63,992 bases of DNA, filler included, from Acidimicrobiia bacterium (GCA_046759765.1; 11 parts of 11 records of this genome joined end to end with filler, not necessarily neighbours in it); one strand, 5' to 3'. Numbered from the whole stretch's first letter, positions 49,959 to 59,904 are shown. Notes: generated by a model from the letters alone, not told the origin. Translations and numbers: made by a program.

Positions 49959-51130
49959 ACGGACTCCAGGTCTCGCTCGTACCGGACGTGGCGTACTACG
50001 CCCCGCAGTGCCATGTCGAACGTCTCTGCCTCGGTCTCGGCGTCGTGCTGGATCAAGAGCAGGCACACCATGAACCCTTGGGCCCGCAGGTTGGCCATCG
50101 TGTTGGCCAGCTCGGACGTGAGGGCGCCGGTGATCACACCCAAGGTTGCTCCCCACGGAAGCTGGTGCTCGCTTCGACGAATCAGCTCGGAGAAGCCGGG
50201 CTCACGGGTCGACTGAATCCGGGCGAGGATCTCGAGGACCCGCATGAGATGCGACGACCCCGACCGAGGCGGTATCACCACCTCGACCTGGCCCTCGTCC
50301 AACGGATCGAATCCGGTGCACACGAGACCAACGGCCAGTCCTTCGCGATTCACGATGTGGGTTGCCAGCGAGGCCGCCGTGGTGATCCCCAGCTCTGGAC
50401 CGCTCCAGTGCCGCGTGTGGGCGTAGTTGTCGCGGTCGAGGTCTAAAAAGAGCGTCGTGTCCCGCGCCGTCGCCGGTTCGAGCTGCTTGACCACGAGGTC
50501 ACTCAGGTGCGCCGTGGCCTTCCAGTGGATCTTTCGCCGCGGGTCTCCGGCAAGGTAGGCGCGAACTCCGCGAAGTCGGGCCGGGTCCTCGAGCAGCGCC
50601 GTGGGCTCCTCCAGCAGGGCAAAAGGGGACCGAGTCGGCAGGCCGAGACGCTCGATGGGAACGATCCTTGGATACACGATCAGGTGGTCTGGCTGGTAGG
50701 TGGAGCTGCTATCGCCGGCGAGCCCAAGTACGCCACCGGTCGTGACGGTGAGGGGGCCCAACAGGTAATAGCCACGCCGACGGGCGCGGGCCTCATACCC
50801 CAGGTGCACTTCCTGACGGGAGCCCAGGCTCAGCCCCCAGCGTGGCGACTCCCCGCCCAGTTCGAACGAGACCGGCTCGTGGACCTCCAACCAGGGTACG
50901 GGGAGCCTGCTGTGGTTTCTGATCCGAAGGTCAACGTCGACGTGCTCGCCCAGGAACGCTCGGGGGGTGAAGCGACGCTCCACAGAGATTCGCCGGAGAG
51001 CCCGCCGCGGTAGGAGCAGGTCGGCGACGAGAACGACCGCCATGAGGATGAAGACGGCAAGCAGAGCCGCGACACGAAAGAGCAGGGCCAGGGCTAGTAC
51101 GGCCAGGGAGATTTGGACGAAGCGACGTAT
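49955..51130 (-). CDS. DUF58 (vWA-like) MoxR-associated protein
   Basis: RRGYY, GVRAYLAGDPRRKIHWKATA, LFLDL; frame open upstream of ATG 51043 to an ATA at 51130. Confidence 0.88.
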   Translation of the reverse strand: MRRFVQISLAVLALALLFRVAALLAVFILMAVVLVADLLLPRRALRRISVERRFTPRAFLGEHVDVDLRIRNHSRLPVPWLEVHEPVSFELGGESPRWGLSLGSRQEVHLGYEARARRRGYYLLGPLTVTTGGVLGLAGDSSSTYQPDHLIVYPRIVPIERLGLPTRSPFALLEEPTALLEDPARLRGVRAYLAGDPRRKIHWKATAHLSDLVVKQLEPATARDTTLFLDLDRDNYAHTRHWSGPELGITTAASLATHIVNREGLAVGLVCTGFDPLDEGQVEVVIPPRSGSSHLMRVLEILARIQSTREPGFSELIRRSEHQLPWGATLGVITGALTSELANTMANLRAQGFMVCLLLIQHDAETEAETFDMALRGVVRHVRYERDLESV

Positions 51131-51135
51131 GGGGC

Positions 51136-52083
51136 CTACTCCTGAACTCCGATCTCGAGTTCGCTCTGCTCGATGATCTCGGCGACGATGGCCTCGGCGG
51201 TCTTGCCCCGCAGCCGGCTCTCGGGCTGGACGATCGTCCGGTGGGCAAGGGCCATCGGTGCCATCTCCTTGATGTCGTCCGGTATCACGTAATCACGTCC
51301 GCGCAGGCCAGCGAACGCCTGAGCGGTCTTGTAGAGGGCCAGTGAACCGCGGGGACTGGCCCCGAGGGCGAGGTCGCGATGGGTTCGGGTGGCCCCGACC
51401 AGGTCAACGATGTACTCCTCGAGTGACGGCTCGACGAACTGGTCGGCAATAGCGCCCCGCAGCTTCACCAGCTCAGTGCCGTCGACGACGAACTGGAGGT
51501 CGTCGATGGGGTGGTCCCGGTTGAGCCGTCGCAACATCTCGGCTTCCTGGTCCGGAGCCGGATAGCCCACCGAGAGCCTGAGCAGGAACCGATCCAGTTG
51601 AGCTTCGGGCAGTGGAAAGGTGCCCTCGAACTCCACCGGGTTCTGCGTGGCGATCACCATGAAAGGCTGAGGTAGGGCATGGGTTTGTCCGTCCACGGTC
51701 ACCTGGCGCTCCTGCATTGACTCGAGGAGTGCCGCCTGGGTCCGAGGAGTAGCCCGGTTGATCTCATCGGCCAGCAGGATGCCCGAAAACACAGGACCGG
51801 GTCGAAACTCGAACTCCCCGTTCTTCTGGTTGAAAACACTGACTCCGGTCACGTCGCTCGGCAGCAAGTCCGGAGTGCACTGCAGCCGGCCGAAACGGAT
51901 CCTGAGGCTGCGGGCCATGGCCCGACCCAGCATCGTCTTTCCGGTTCCCGGCACATCGTCGAGCAGCACGTGCCCATGGCACAGCAGAGCCACCATCAGG
52001 TACTCGATCTCTCGCCGCTTGCCGACGATGACCCGCTCGACGTTGTCGACGACCGGCGCTACGAATTCGGCGATTCTCATCAC
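51136..52083 (-). CDS. MoxR family AAA+ ATPase
   Basis: DVPGTGKT, QCTPDLLPSD, LADEINR, ATQNPVE, PLPEAQLDRF. Confidence 0.95.
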   Translation of the reverse strand: MMRIAEFVAPVVDNVERVIVGKRREIEYLMVALLCHGHVLLDDVPGTGKTMLGRAMARSLRIRFGRLQCTPDLLPSDVTGVSVFNQKNGEFEFRPGPVFSGILLADEINRATPRTQAALLESMQERQVTVDGQTHALPQPFMVIATQNPVEFEGTFPLPEAQLDRFLLRLSVGYPAPDQEAEMLRRLNRDHPIDDLQFVVDGTELVKLRGAIADQFVEPSLEEYIVDLVGATRTHRDLALGASPRGSLALYKTAQAFAGLRGRDYVIPDDIKEMAPMALAHRTIVQPESRLRGKTAEAIVAEIIEQSELEIGVQE

Positions 52084-52319
52084 CCGACATCCTTCATGAG
52101 CGAGCCCGCCGCTGTTGTGGGCCGTGCCAAGACAATACCGACGAGATCAGCCCCCAATGTCTGGGAGCCCCTCCTTCGTACTCTCGTCGCCGGAACCGGA
52201 TGAATCCGGTTCCATCTAGTCAGTGTCCGCCTCAGCGTCTCAATGACGGAAGTTGCAAAGGTTGTCATCAAGCGCCCGAACCGGACATCAACCATGATGG
52301 AGGACGTCGAGGGAGCGGA

Positions 52320-52883
52320 TTGACCTTGACTCAACCCGCCAGCGTCGAAACGAAGTTCGAGCGGCTGTACGAGCAGTACCGCAAGCCGATCCTCGCCTAC
52401 TGTCAACGTCGAACCAACCGAGACGATGCGTATGACGCGGCGTCCCAGACGTTCGCCATAGCATGGCGCCGTATCGACAACGTACCCGAAGGCGATGCGG
52501 CCCTCAGATGGCTGTACGGGGTCGCCTATCGAACACTGGCGAACCAGCGCCGAAGCCTGAGCAGGTTCCGGAAGCTGATCGACCGACTCGGATCACTGCG
52601 CCAGGAGGACCCGCAGCCTCCTGACGTCCAGGTGGTGCGCGGTGTTCAGGTGAAGCTGGTCCTCGACGTCATGGCTCGTCTACGACCACGAGACCAAGAG
52701 CTCCTCAGACTCGTCGCTTGGGAGGAGCTCCCCAGGGAGGAGATCGCCGAGATCCTCGGCTGTTCACGCGGCACCGTGAATCAGCGATATCACCGTGCCT
52801 TGAAACGAATGGCGAAAGAACTCGGCAACTCGGGTTACCAACCCACGCCCCCCCAGCGTGTCGACGAAGGAGGTGTCGCGTGA
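52320..52883 (+). CDS. ECF RNA polymerase sigma factor
   Basis: FERLYEQY, WLYGVAYRTLANQRR, LRLVAWEEL..EEIAEILG....TV...YHRA. Confidence 0.9.
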   Translation: MTLTQPASVETKFERLYEQYRKPILAYCQRRTNRDDAYDAASQTFAIAWRRIDNVPEGDAALRWLYGVAYRTLANQRRSLSRFRKLIDRLGSLRQEDPQPPDVQVVRGVQVKLVLDVMARLRPRDQELLRLVAWEELPREEIAEILGCSRGTVNQRYHRALKRMAKELGNSGYQPTPPQRVDEGGVA

Positions 52884-53731
52884 AGATCGACGAACGGGAG
52901 CTCGTGGCCTTGATCCGAAGCGCCAACCCTGTCCTGACAGAGGACGCGTTGCTCGATAGCGCCGAGGAGTCCCGCTCCTTCCTTCACGCGGTCGAGCTGA
53001 AGAGGGACGCCATGCCCGAAGCACCAGTTGCCGGGCTGGAACGGCCGCCCGAGCGACCAAAGCGGGCGCGAGTCTTGAGGCCCGCGATCGCGATCGCCAC
53101 GATCGCGGCGGCCGTCGTCCTGGGACTCGCCCTGTGGCTGGCGTCGAGCAGCGAGGACACCGCGCCCGTCGACCAGCCGCCGCCCGATCCGATCTCGGTC
53201 GTTGAGGATCTGTTCGCAGCCTGGAATGCCGGCGACGTGGAGACCTTCATCGCCCTGCAGTCCGAAGAGGCCATCGGCTTTGCCCCAGGCCAACAGGTGC
53301 AAGAGGAAACAGCCAGAGACGCCTTCCTGTTCCAATACATGTTGGGGGCCGAGTGGGTCCTCACCGACTGCGAATCTCCGCCCGCGACCGGATATCAGGG
53401 TGACGTCGTGTTCTGCCGGCTGACCGTAAGCACCGACTTGACGAGGACCTACGGGCTCGAACACCCGGGGCTCTCTCGGGTCCGATTCGTCGTTGACGAC
53501 GGGATCATCAACTTTCAGTCCTTCAATCCCTTCCTGGTTAGCCCGAGCAACCACTCCCTATTTCTGGCCGCCACTTGGCTTTTCGACAACTACGAAGCTG
53601 AAGCGACCGAAGCGTGTGGTGGGTTGAGCGAAGAATGGCCTGACTACGCGACGCCGCGCTGCGCCGAGTTCGTCCAGCTGCACCTGGACGAGTGGAAGGC
53701 CTACCTGGAGGCCGAGGGCGCGCAGCCATGA
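52880..53731 (+). CDS. Putative anti-sigma membrane protein with extracytoplasmic SnoaL/NTF2-like domain
   Basis: GTGA overlap with sigma stop, AGGAGG RBS, single TM, VVEDLFAAWNAGDVETFIAL. Confidence 0.65.
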   Translation: MKIDERELVALIRSANPVLTEDALLDSAEESRSFLHAVELKRDAMPEAPVAGLERPPERPKRARVLRPAIAIATIAAAVVLGLALWLASSSEDTAPVDQPPPDPISVVEDLFAAWNAGDVETFIALQSEEAIGFAPGQQVQEETARDAFLFQYMLGAEWVLTDCESPPATGYQGDVVFCRLTVSTDLTRTYGLEHPGLSRVRFVVDDGIINFQSFNPFLVSPSNHSLFLAATWLFDNYEAEATEACGGLSEEWPDYATPRCAEFVQLHLDEWKAYLEAEGAQP

Positions 53732-53756
53732 GGATGAAGGCTCAAGGGAGGCAGCC

Positions 53757-54017
53757 ATGAGGAAACTTGGACTTCTAGTGACGGTTCTGGCGTGGGTGAT
53801 GGCGATTGGCGCACCCGCGGCCGCGGATCCGCCTGCGGCTTCAGGCCCGAACGTCCTTCGCTCCGAAGACAACCGTCATTGGCGCCCTCGGTTCCAGCGA
53901 CCGCGTCGGCGAGCCCGGGGTCGACTCCGCCGGGCAGGGGCCCCCTGCGGTCGCAAGGTCGCCGAGGCTTCTCTCACGCACCGTGTCCGCCCAGCACGCT
54001 TCGCGGCTGTCATCTAG
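53757..54017 (+). pseudogene. Secreted-protein 5' fragment, probably truncated
   Basis: GGAGG RBS and clean signal peptide MRKLGLLVTVLAWVMAIGAPAAA-DPPA; the rest reads like Arg-rich shadow frame. Confidence 0.4.
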
Positions 54018-54056
54018 CTTCGACGGCGCTGGCTGGCCGCCAGAAAGGGAGGAATC

Positions 54057-55181
54057 ATGCGCTCATTTGGCATTTTCAGAAACAGGCTGGCAATCGCCGT
54101 GGTCAGCGCCATGGTGGGAGCCGTCGTCGCGGGCGGGGTGGTGTTGGCCACCGACGATGGCAACACCATCCACGCGTGTGTCATCACGGATGACGACGAT
54201 GACGACGATGACGGCGATGCGAACGTGCGGATCGTGGATTCGCCTGTCGAGTGCGGCCCGTCCGAGACCGCTATTTCGTGGGGCATCGTAGGACCCGAAG
54301 GGCCAGCCGGGCCTCCAGGAGCCGACGGCCAGGACGGCGCTCAGGGACCCCCGGGACCACCTGGACCTGCTGGAGGTGACCTGGCCGATCAGAGTTGTCC
54401 CGCGGGCCAGTTCGTCTCGGGCTTCGACGCGAACGGTGACATCATCTGCTCGCAGGTCGTTGGCAGCAGCACGTGGTATCAGGACGCCGATGGTGATCTC
54501 TTCGGTGATCCGAACGTCGCGCTGTTCGCCATCAACCAGCCTGCCGGATTCGTGGCGGATAACACTGACTGCGATGACACCGATGCCGGCATCAACCCGG
54601 GCGCCTCAGAGATCCTTAACGATGGGATCGATCAGGACTGCGACGGGTTGGCCGACGACATCGACACGGACTTCGACGGGCTCTCGGACGTAGATGAAGC
54701 TGCAGCGGGTACCGACCCGACCAACCCCGACACCGACTTCGACTTTCTGTTTGACGGCGACGAAGTGCTGATATTCCTCACCGATCCGCTCAACCCCGAC
54801 ACGGACTTCGACGGGCTGCTGGACGGAGACGAGGTGGTGGGCGCGGCTGGATTCGGGATCACCGATCCGCTCAACCCCGACACGGACTTCGACGGGCTGT
54901 TGGACGGAGACGAAGTGGTGGGTGCGGCCGGAGTCGTCACCGATCCGACCAACCCCGACACCGACGGCGACGGGCTGTTGGACGGAGACGAAATTGTGGG
55001 CGTGGCCGGATTCATCACCGATCCGACCAACCCCGACACTGACGGCGACGGGCTGTCGGACGGCGACGAAGCGCTCCTTGGGACCAACCCGCTCGACCTG
55101 AATGACCCAGGTCCTGAGATCTGCGGGGATGGCATCGACAACGACTTCGACGGGTTTGTCGACGAGCCCGGCTGTGTCTAG
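54057..55181 (+). CDS. Secreted protein with collagen-like segment and Ca-binding TSP3-like DxDxDG repeats
   Basis: Signal peptide, poly-Asp, G-X-Y repeats, [27 protein letters not shown] motif, repeated TDPxNPDTDxDGLxDGDE. Confidence 0.85.
   Translation: MRSFGIFRNRLAIAVVSAMVGAVVAGGVVLATDDGNTIHACVITDDDDDDDDGDANVRIVDSPVECGPSETAISWGIVGPEGPAGPPGADGQDGAQGPPGPPGPAGGDLADQSCPAGQFVSGFDANGDIICSQVVGSSTWYQDADGDLFGDPNVALFAINQPAGFVADNTDCDDTDAGINPGASEILNDGIDQDCDGLADDIDTDFDGLSDVDEAAAGTDPTNPDTDFDFLFDGDEVLIFLTDPLNPDTDFDGLLDGDEVVGAAGFGITDPLNPDTDFDGLLDGDEVVGAAGVVTDPTNPDTDGDGLLDGDEIVGVAGFITDPTNPDTDGDGLSDGDEALLGTNPLDLNDPGPEICGDGIDNDFDGFVDEPGCV
54780..55070 (+). repeat. Intragenic tandem repeats (78-81 bp units)
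   Basis: ACCGATCCG..CAACCCCGACAC units start at 54780, 54861, 54939 and 55017. Confidence 0.9.
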
Positions 55182-55228
55182 CCCTGCCAGCCTCAGCTAG
55201 ACGGGTTGATCGGATGCCGGGTTAGGCA

Positions 55229-55258
55229 GCCCCCGCCGGCTGGCAGGTCGGCGGGGGT
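55229..55258 (+). terminator. GC-rich hairpin downstream of the TSP3-repeat gene
   Basis: GCCCCCGCCGGC...GTCGGCGGGGGT. Confidence 0.5.
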
Positions 55259-55410
55259 TCCCCTCAATCCCGCATCTCGGCAAGCCGCTCGACGACGGCT
55301 GGTCGATTCCCCCGCACCTTGTTCTTGTTGATTGAGATGCTATGCCGCCCCTCTCCCAGGCGCGCCCGTGGAATCTACGGCGCCGAAGGTCACCGACCGG
55401 CCTGGACTCT

Positions 55411-55482
55411 CGCTGCGCCGAGCTCGTCCAGCAGCATCTGGACGAGTGGAAGGCCTACCTCGAGGCGGAGCGCGCGACATAA
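55411..55482 (+). pseudogene. 3'-end remnant paralogous to 53657-53722
   Basis: 60/66 nt identical; encodes RCAELVQQHLDEWKAYLEAERAT*. Confidence 0.85.
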
Positions 55483-55714
55483 ACGTCCGGACTGATTGAG
55501 ACTCTCCGAGGACGTACCCAGGAGCTCGGGATCGGTGCCTGCACTCCAAGTGACCCGACCGGTCGTTTGATTCCGTGCGCCCTCTGACCGCGTCTGTCCC
55601 ACCAAAGCTCCGGCNNNNNNNNNNNNNNNNNNNNNNNNNNNNNNNNNNNNNNNNNNNNTTAATTAATTAANNNNNNNNNNNNNNNNNNNNNNNNNNNNNN
55701 NNNNNNNNNNNNNN

Positions 55715-56357
55715 AAGCCCGCACCGAGCCGTCCGAGCTGCGCTGGAGTCCGACCACCGTCTTGGTCACCAGCTCGGCCAAGTCGTCGAGGTCGCTTGTC
55801 GTTCCGGCCTGTGCGGATGGCTCTGCTTCCTCCGCCGGCTGGGAGTCACGGCTACCCGCTGACCTTGCGGCCACCTCAACGCCCTCCAGCCGCTCGTAGA
55901 AGAGGAACTCGTCGCAGGCCGGCGGCAGCAGCGGCGAAGTCGACTCCTTGATGCCCACTCCGATGACTCGCTTGTTCAGCTCGCGGAGCTTGTGCACCAG
56001 CGGGGTGAAGTCGCTGTCACCGCTACAGATGACGAACGTCGTCACGTAGTCGCGCTCGAATGCCAGCTCGAGGGCATCAACCGCCAGCTTGATATCGGCG
56101 GCGTTCTTACGTGAGGTCCCCATCCGCTGAGGGATCTCGATCAGCTCGACGTGACCGCGGGTGAGCATGCGGCGGTCGTCCTCGAACAACGACCAGTCCG
56201 CGTAAGCCCGCCGAGCGACCACCCGACCTCGCTCTGCCAAGGCGTCGCTGATCGGCTGGAGGTCGAACTTGGCTCCCCCCAAGCTTTCCCTGGCTCCTAT
56301 TGCGAGGTTCTCGTAGTCGAGAAAGACGGCGATCCGGTCTTCCTGCCCCGTGGTCAT
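55715..56357 (-). CDS. NYN (LabA/DUF88 PIN-like) domain protein (3' truncated)
   Basis: IAVFLDYEN, RAYADW, KNAADIKLAVD, SGDSDFTPL, ACDEF. Confidence 0.92.
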
Positions 56358-56454
56358 CTGGTCAGCGTAACCAGAGCCGGACCGATCCATTCCGGGGACG
56401 CGTTCGTGTCTCCCCAGAAGAAGAGCAGGCACCAAGCCCACCCCAACCGAGTGG

Positions 56455-56505
56455 GCGACACCCCGCTGCGCCAAATTCCTGAACCTGCACCTGGACGAAG
56501 GAAGG
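56455..56505 (+). pseudogene. Degenerate remnant of the same anti-sigma-like gene 3' end
   Basis: Encodes ATPRCAKFLNLHLDE vs ATPRCAEFVQLHLDE at about 53648; 1-nt deletion at the Trp codon. Confidence 0.65.
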
Positions 56506-56560
56506 TCCTCACGCTAGGCGCAGGGCCCTTCGCCAAGAAACACTTGTGGCTCATGAACTG

Positions 56561-56588
56561 GTAGCGGATATGTGCCGATATGGGCGGC
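56561..56588 (+). repeat. dif-like 11-6-11 site, copy 1
   Basis: GTAGCGGATAT-GTGCCG-ATATGGGCGGC. Confidence 0.8.
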
Positions 56589-56852
56589 CTGGATGACAGT
56601 GCGCGGATCATCCTTCGCAAGGTCCAATATCCGGTGTTCCGCGTTCAGCGGCTCGAACGGATAGTCAGCGGGATCCGATAAAGTGGGTGTCGAAACAGGA
56701 ACCACAGCCTCCAACCTGAGACGGGGCTGGGTTCCTCTTTCAAGTCTCTGGGTGGTGTCATTCTCATGTCCTCTGGGGGAGCGCATTTCGATGACCCTGG
56801 TCAATGACGCGCATCGCGAGCCAGGCCAACCCGTCAGCCTCATCAGGCCGAC

Positions 56853-57779
56853 GTGCTGACCGACGACCGCGGTCGCCTTACGACCGACCTCGTGTCGCAA
56901 TACCTCGCGGCGATCGGTGATTACGACCTTCTGACAGCCGAGCAGGAGGTCGAGTTAGCTCAGAAGATCGAGGCGGGGGAGGCGGGGGCGGCGCGACTCG
57001 AGGCGGGCGACTTCAAGGGTAAGAGTTCGGAGATCGAGCTGCGGCGGCGGGTGCGGCAGGGTCTCGAAGCGAAAGACGCCTTCCTCACCGCCAATCTGCG
57101 GCTGGTTGTGTCCAACGCCCGCCGCTATACGAATGCGCCCGGCATCGACTTCCTCGATTTGATCCAAGAAGGCAACGTGGGTCTGATCCGCGCCGTGGAG
57201 AAGTTCGACTGGCGGAAGGGCTTCAAGTTCTCCACCTACGCGACCTGGTGGATCAAGCAGGCGATCACCCGGGCGATCGCTGACAAATCGCGCACGGTCC
57301 GTATACCGGTCCATCTGCACGACACGCTCGCCGCGGTCCGAGCCGCCCAGGCGAGCCTGAAGGCGGAGCTGGGCCGCGACCCCAGGCCATACGAGATAGC
57401 CGATGAGGCCGGTGTCACCGTCGACAAGGTCGAGCTGGCCCTCGGCGTCGTCGACACGATCTCCCTCGAGCATCCCGTTGGCGATGACGGCACACAGCTC
57501 GGTGACTTCATCGAGGACGAGAACGCCACCGACCCGGCACAGATCACGCAGAGGCTGGACATCGCCAATATGCTGCGCGTGTCGATCGAGCGCCTCCCCC
57601 ACCGGGAGGGGAGAATCCTTGCCCTCCGCTACGGCTTCTACGACGGAGTACCCCGGACGCTCGAGGAGATCGGGGAGGAGTACAACCTGACCCGCGAGCG
57701 GATCCGGCAGCTCCAGAAGCTGGCACTGTGCCGGCTCCGGCACCCCTCCTTCGGCATCCGCGAGCAGGACCTCGTCTGA
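56853..57779 (+). CDS. Sigma-70 factor, RpoD/SigB-like without region 1.1 (group 2-like)
   Basis: [56 protein letters not shown]. Confidence 0.93.
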   Translation: MLTDDRGRLTTDLVSQYLAAIGDYDLLTAEQEVELAQKIEAGEAGAARLEAGDFKGKSSEIELRRRVRQGLEAKDAFLTANLRLVVSNARRYTNAPGIDFLDLIQEGNVGLIRAVEKFDWRKGFKFSTYATWWIKQAITRAIADKSRTVRIPVHLHDTLAAVRAAQASLKAELGRDPRPYEIADEAGVTVDKVELALGVVDTISLEHPVGDDGTQLGDFIEDENATDPAQITQRLDIANMLRVSIERLPHREGRILALRYGFYDGVPRTLEEIGEEYNLTRERIRQLQKLALCRLRHPSFGIREQDLV

Positions 57780-57857
57780 CAGAAAGGCCGCACCCGGACG
57801 GGACGAAGCCCGACACAGGTGGTCGGGAGCAGGTCTGCGAACCTGCCTCTCGGCGGT

Positions 57858-58364
57858 CTAGACCGGAGTTCCGCACCACAGAACAAGACTTTGTGCGCTG
57901 GCTTCGTGTGTCGGGTGACCCGCCCGTATCCGGCCAAGATGAGTGTGCCTCCGCGGTTGCGTGAAGCGTCCGAGACGGCGTTCAGACCGCGTCAGGAAGG
58001 CTGACGGAGGAACCACTACAAGTCCTGGTCGGTCGAGCATGTCAGCGCAAGGAGGCCGGTAGTCAGACCAGACGCGGTGGACCACAACAGCGTCTGGCAC
58101 CTCGGTTACCAGGCAAGGCGCTCCATATGTGGACGGACAATCGGCCATGGTCATTGCAGGGCAGGACCCGACCGTGAATCCTGCCTCATCCAGAGATCGG
58201 CGCATCCGGTCGAGGATGACATCGGGAGACGGTCCTACTAACAGAACGGTGCTCTCAGGTCCCTCGCAGCAGGGAATCAGCGTCTCACTCTTGGGTATGG
58301 CACCGCTGCTTGCCAGGGCCAAAGGTCCTCGAGTCAATGCCAGCGGTACACGCCGATGATCCAT
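57858..58364 (-). CDS. Possible small Cys-rich hypothetical protein (boundaries uncertain)
   Basis: VLLVGP...SLDEAGFTVGSCP....CP......CLV...DAVVV; fills the gap between sigma and tnaA. Confidence 0.3.
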   Translation of the reverse strand: MDHRRVPLALTRGPLALASSGAIPKSETLIPCCEGPESTVLLVGPSPDVILDRMRRSLDEAGFTVGSCPAMTMADCPSTYGAPCLVTEVPDAVVVHRVWSDYRPPCADMLDRPGLVVVPPSAFLTRSERRLGRFTQPRRHTHLGRIRAGHPTHEASAQSLVLWCGTPV

Positions 58365-58476
58365 TCAGCCAACAATCCGGTATGCGCGGGCGCTTCTGTT
58401 CCGAAACGGGCGTTGGTCCCTGGTCCGAGTGCGGGTGGCGGGGCACCCTGGTCTCCACCGACGAAGGACGTAATCC

Positions 58477-59859
58477 ATGCAGTTCCAGACCATCATTGAG
58501 CCTTTCCGTATCCACAGCGTTCAGGCCATCAGGTTCCCAAGCGAGGCCAAGCGGGAGGCAGCCCTCGTTCGCGTCGGATACAACCTCTTTGGGCTTCACA
58601 GTGACGAGGTGATCATCGACCTCCTCACCGACTCCGGTACGGGAGCAATGTCATCTCGGCAGTGGGCGGGGATGATGGACGGGGATGAGTCCTACGCCGG
58701 TAGTCGGTCCTTCTACCGGTTCGAGTCTGCGGTAAGGGAGCTGACCGGTCTCCCGGAAGTCATACCGACGCATCAAGGCCGGGCTGCTGAGCGCATTCTC
58801 TTCTCGGAGTCGGTAAGGGACGGAGACGTGGTTCCCAACAACACGCATTTCGACACCACCCGAGCCAACGTGGAGTACCAAGGCGCAGAAGCGCGGGACG
58901 TCCTGATTGCCGAAGGCCTAGAGCCCGCATCTGGGCATCCCTTCAAAGGAAATGTCGACATCGCAGCCCTGGAGGCACTCATCAGCGAAGTCGGTTCGGA
59001 GAGAATTCCAATGATGATGGTCACGGTCACCAACAACTCCGGAGGTGGTCAGCCCGTATCGATGGCCAATCTGCGAGCAGTCCGCGCGGTCTGTGACCGC
59101 TACGGTGTCCCGCTGTTCCTAGACGCGTGCCGATTTGCCGAGAATGCCTACTTCGTCAAGCTCCGCGAGGACGGTTACTCCGATCGCTCTCCGGCGCAGA
59201 TCGCCGGTGAGATGTTCTCACTCGCTGACGGGTGCACCTTCTCGGCCAAGAAGGACGGTCTGGCCAACATCGGCGGGTTCCTGGCGATGAGAGACCCAGA
59301 CCTGGCGGGTCGATGCCGCAACCTTCTCATCCTCACTGAGGGTTTTCCGACCTACGGCGGCCTCGCCGGCTACGACCTGGAGGCAATCGCCGTCGGCCTG
59401 GAGGAGGTACTTGACGAGGATTACCTGCGGTATCGAATACGCTCCACTGCCTACCTCGTCGAGAAGGTCAACGCCGCTGGTGTGCCCACCGTGCAGCCTC
59501 CAGGCGGCCACGCCGTCTACATCGACGCCAAGGCTCTGCTACCCCATATCCCCCCCCAGCACTACCCAGCCCACTCACTTGCCGTGGAGCTGTACCGGCT
59601 GGGCGGAGTCCGGGCTGTTGAGATCGGATCAGTCATGTTCGGTAAACCACAACCCGACGGCACTGAAATACCCGCGGCCATGGAGCTAGTCCGGCTTGCC
59701 ATACCTCGCCGCACCTACACCCAGAGCCACATCGACTTTGTCGCTGACGTGGTGGCCGAAGCTGCCAAACAGGCCGACACCATCGGCGGTTACAGGATCG
59801 TTGAACAGGCACCCTGGCTCAGGCACTTCACCGCAAGATTCGCGCCAGCTTCTACATGA
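58477..59859 (+). CDS. tnaA: Tryptophanase (tryptophan indole-lyase)
   Basis: EPFRI, DLLTDSGT, GDESYAGS, THQGRAAE, SAKKDG (PLP Lys); GVRAVEIG and LRHFTARF favour tryptophanase over tyrosine phenol-lyase. Confidence 0.88.
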   Translation: MQFQTIIEPFRIHSVQAIRFPSEAKREAALVRVGYNLFGLHSDEVIIDLLTDSGTGAMSSRQWAGMMDGDESYAGSRSFYRFESAVRELTGLPEVIPTHQGRAAERILFSESVRDGDVVPNNTHFDTTRANVEYQGAEARDVLIAEGLEPASGHPFKGNVDIAALEALISEVGSERIPMMMVTVTNNSGGGQPVSMANLRAVRAVCDRYGVPLFLDACRFAENAYFVKLREDGYSDRSPAQIAGEMFSLADGCTFSAKKDGLANIGGFLAMRDPDLAGRCRNLLILTEGFPTYGGLAGYDLEAIAVGLEEVLDEDYLRYRIRSTAYLVEKVNAAGVPTVQPPGGHAVYIDAKALLPHIPPQHYPAHSLAVELYRLGGVRAVEIGSVMFGKPQPDGTEIPAAMELVRLAIPRRTYTQSHIDFVADVVAEAAKQADTIGGYRIVEQAPWLRHFTARFAPAST

Positions 59860-59876
59860 CCGTCCACTCCGGGTGG

Positions 59877-59904
59877 CTAGCGCATATGTGCCGATATGGG
59901 CGGG
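59877..59904 (+). repeat. dif-like 11-6-11 site, copy 2
   Basis: CTAGCGCATAT-GTGCCG-ATATGGGCGGG, 17 nt after the tnaA stop. Confidence 0.8.

Noticed and set aside
54780..55070. Regular 78-81-bp repeats as a CRISPR array
   Set aside because: They are in-frame coding repeats (multiples of 3) of a Ca-binding motif within an ORF
53657..55476. 66-bp imperfect repeat at a gene 3' end as a DGR variable/template repeat pair
   Set aside because: Only one of six mismatches involves adenine, and there is no reverse transcriptase on the contig
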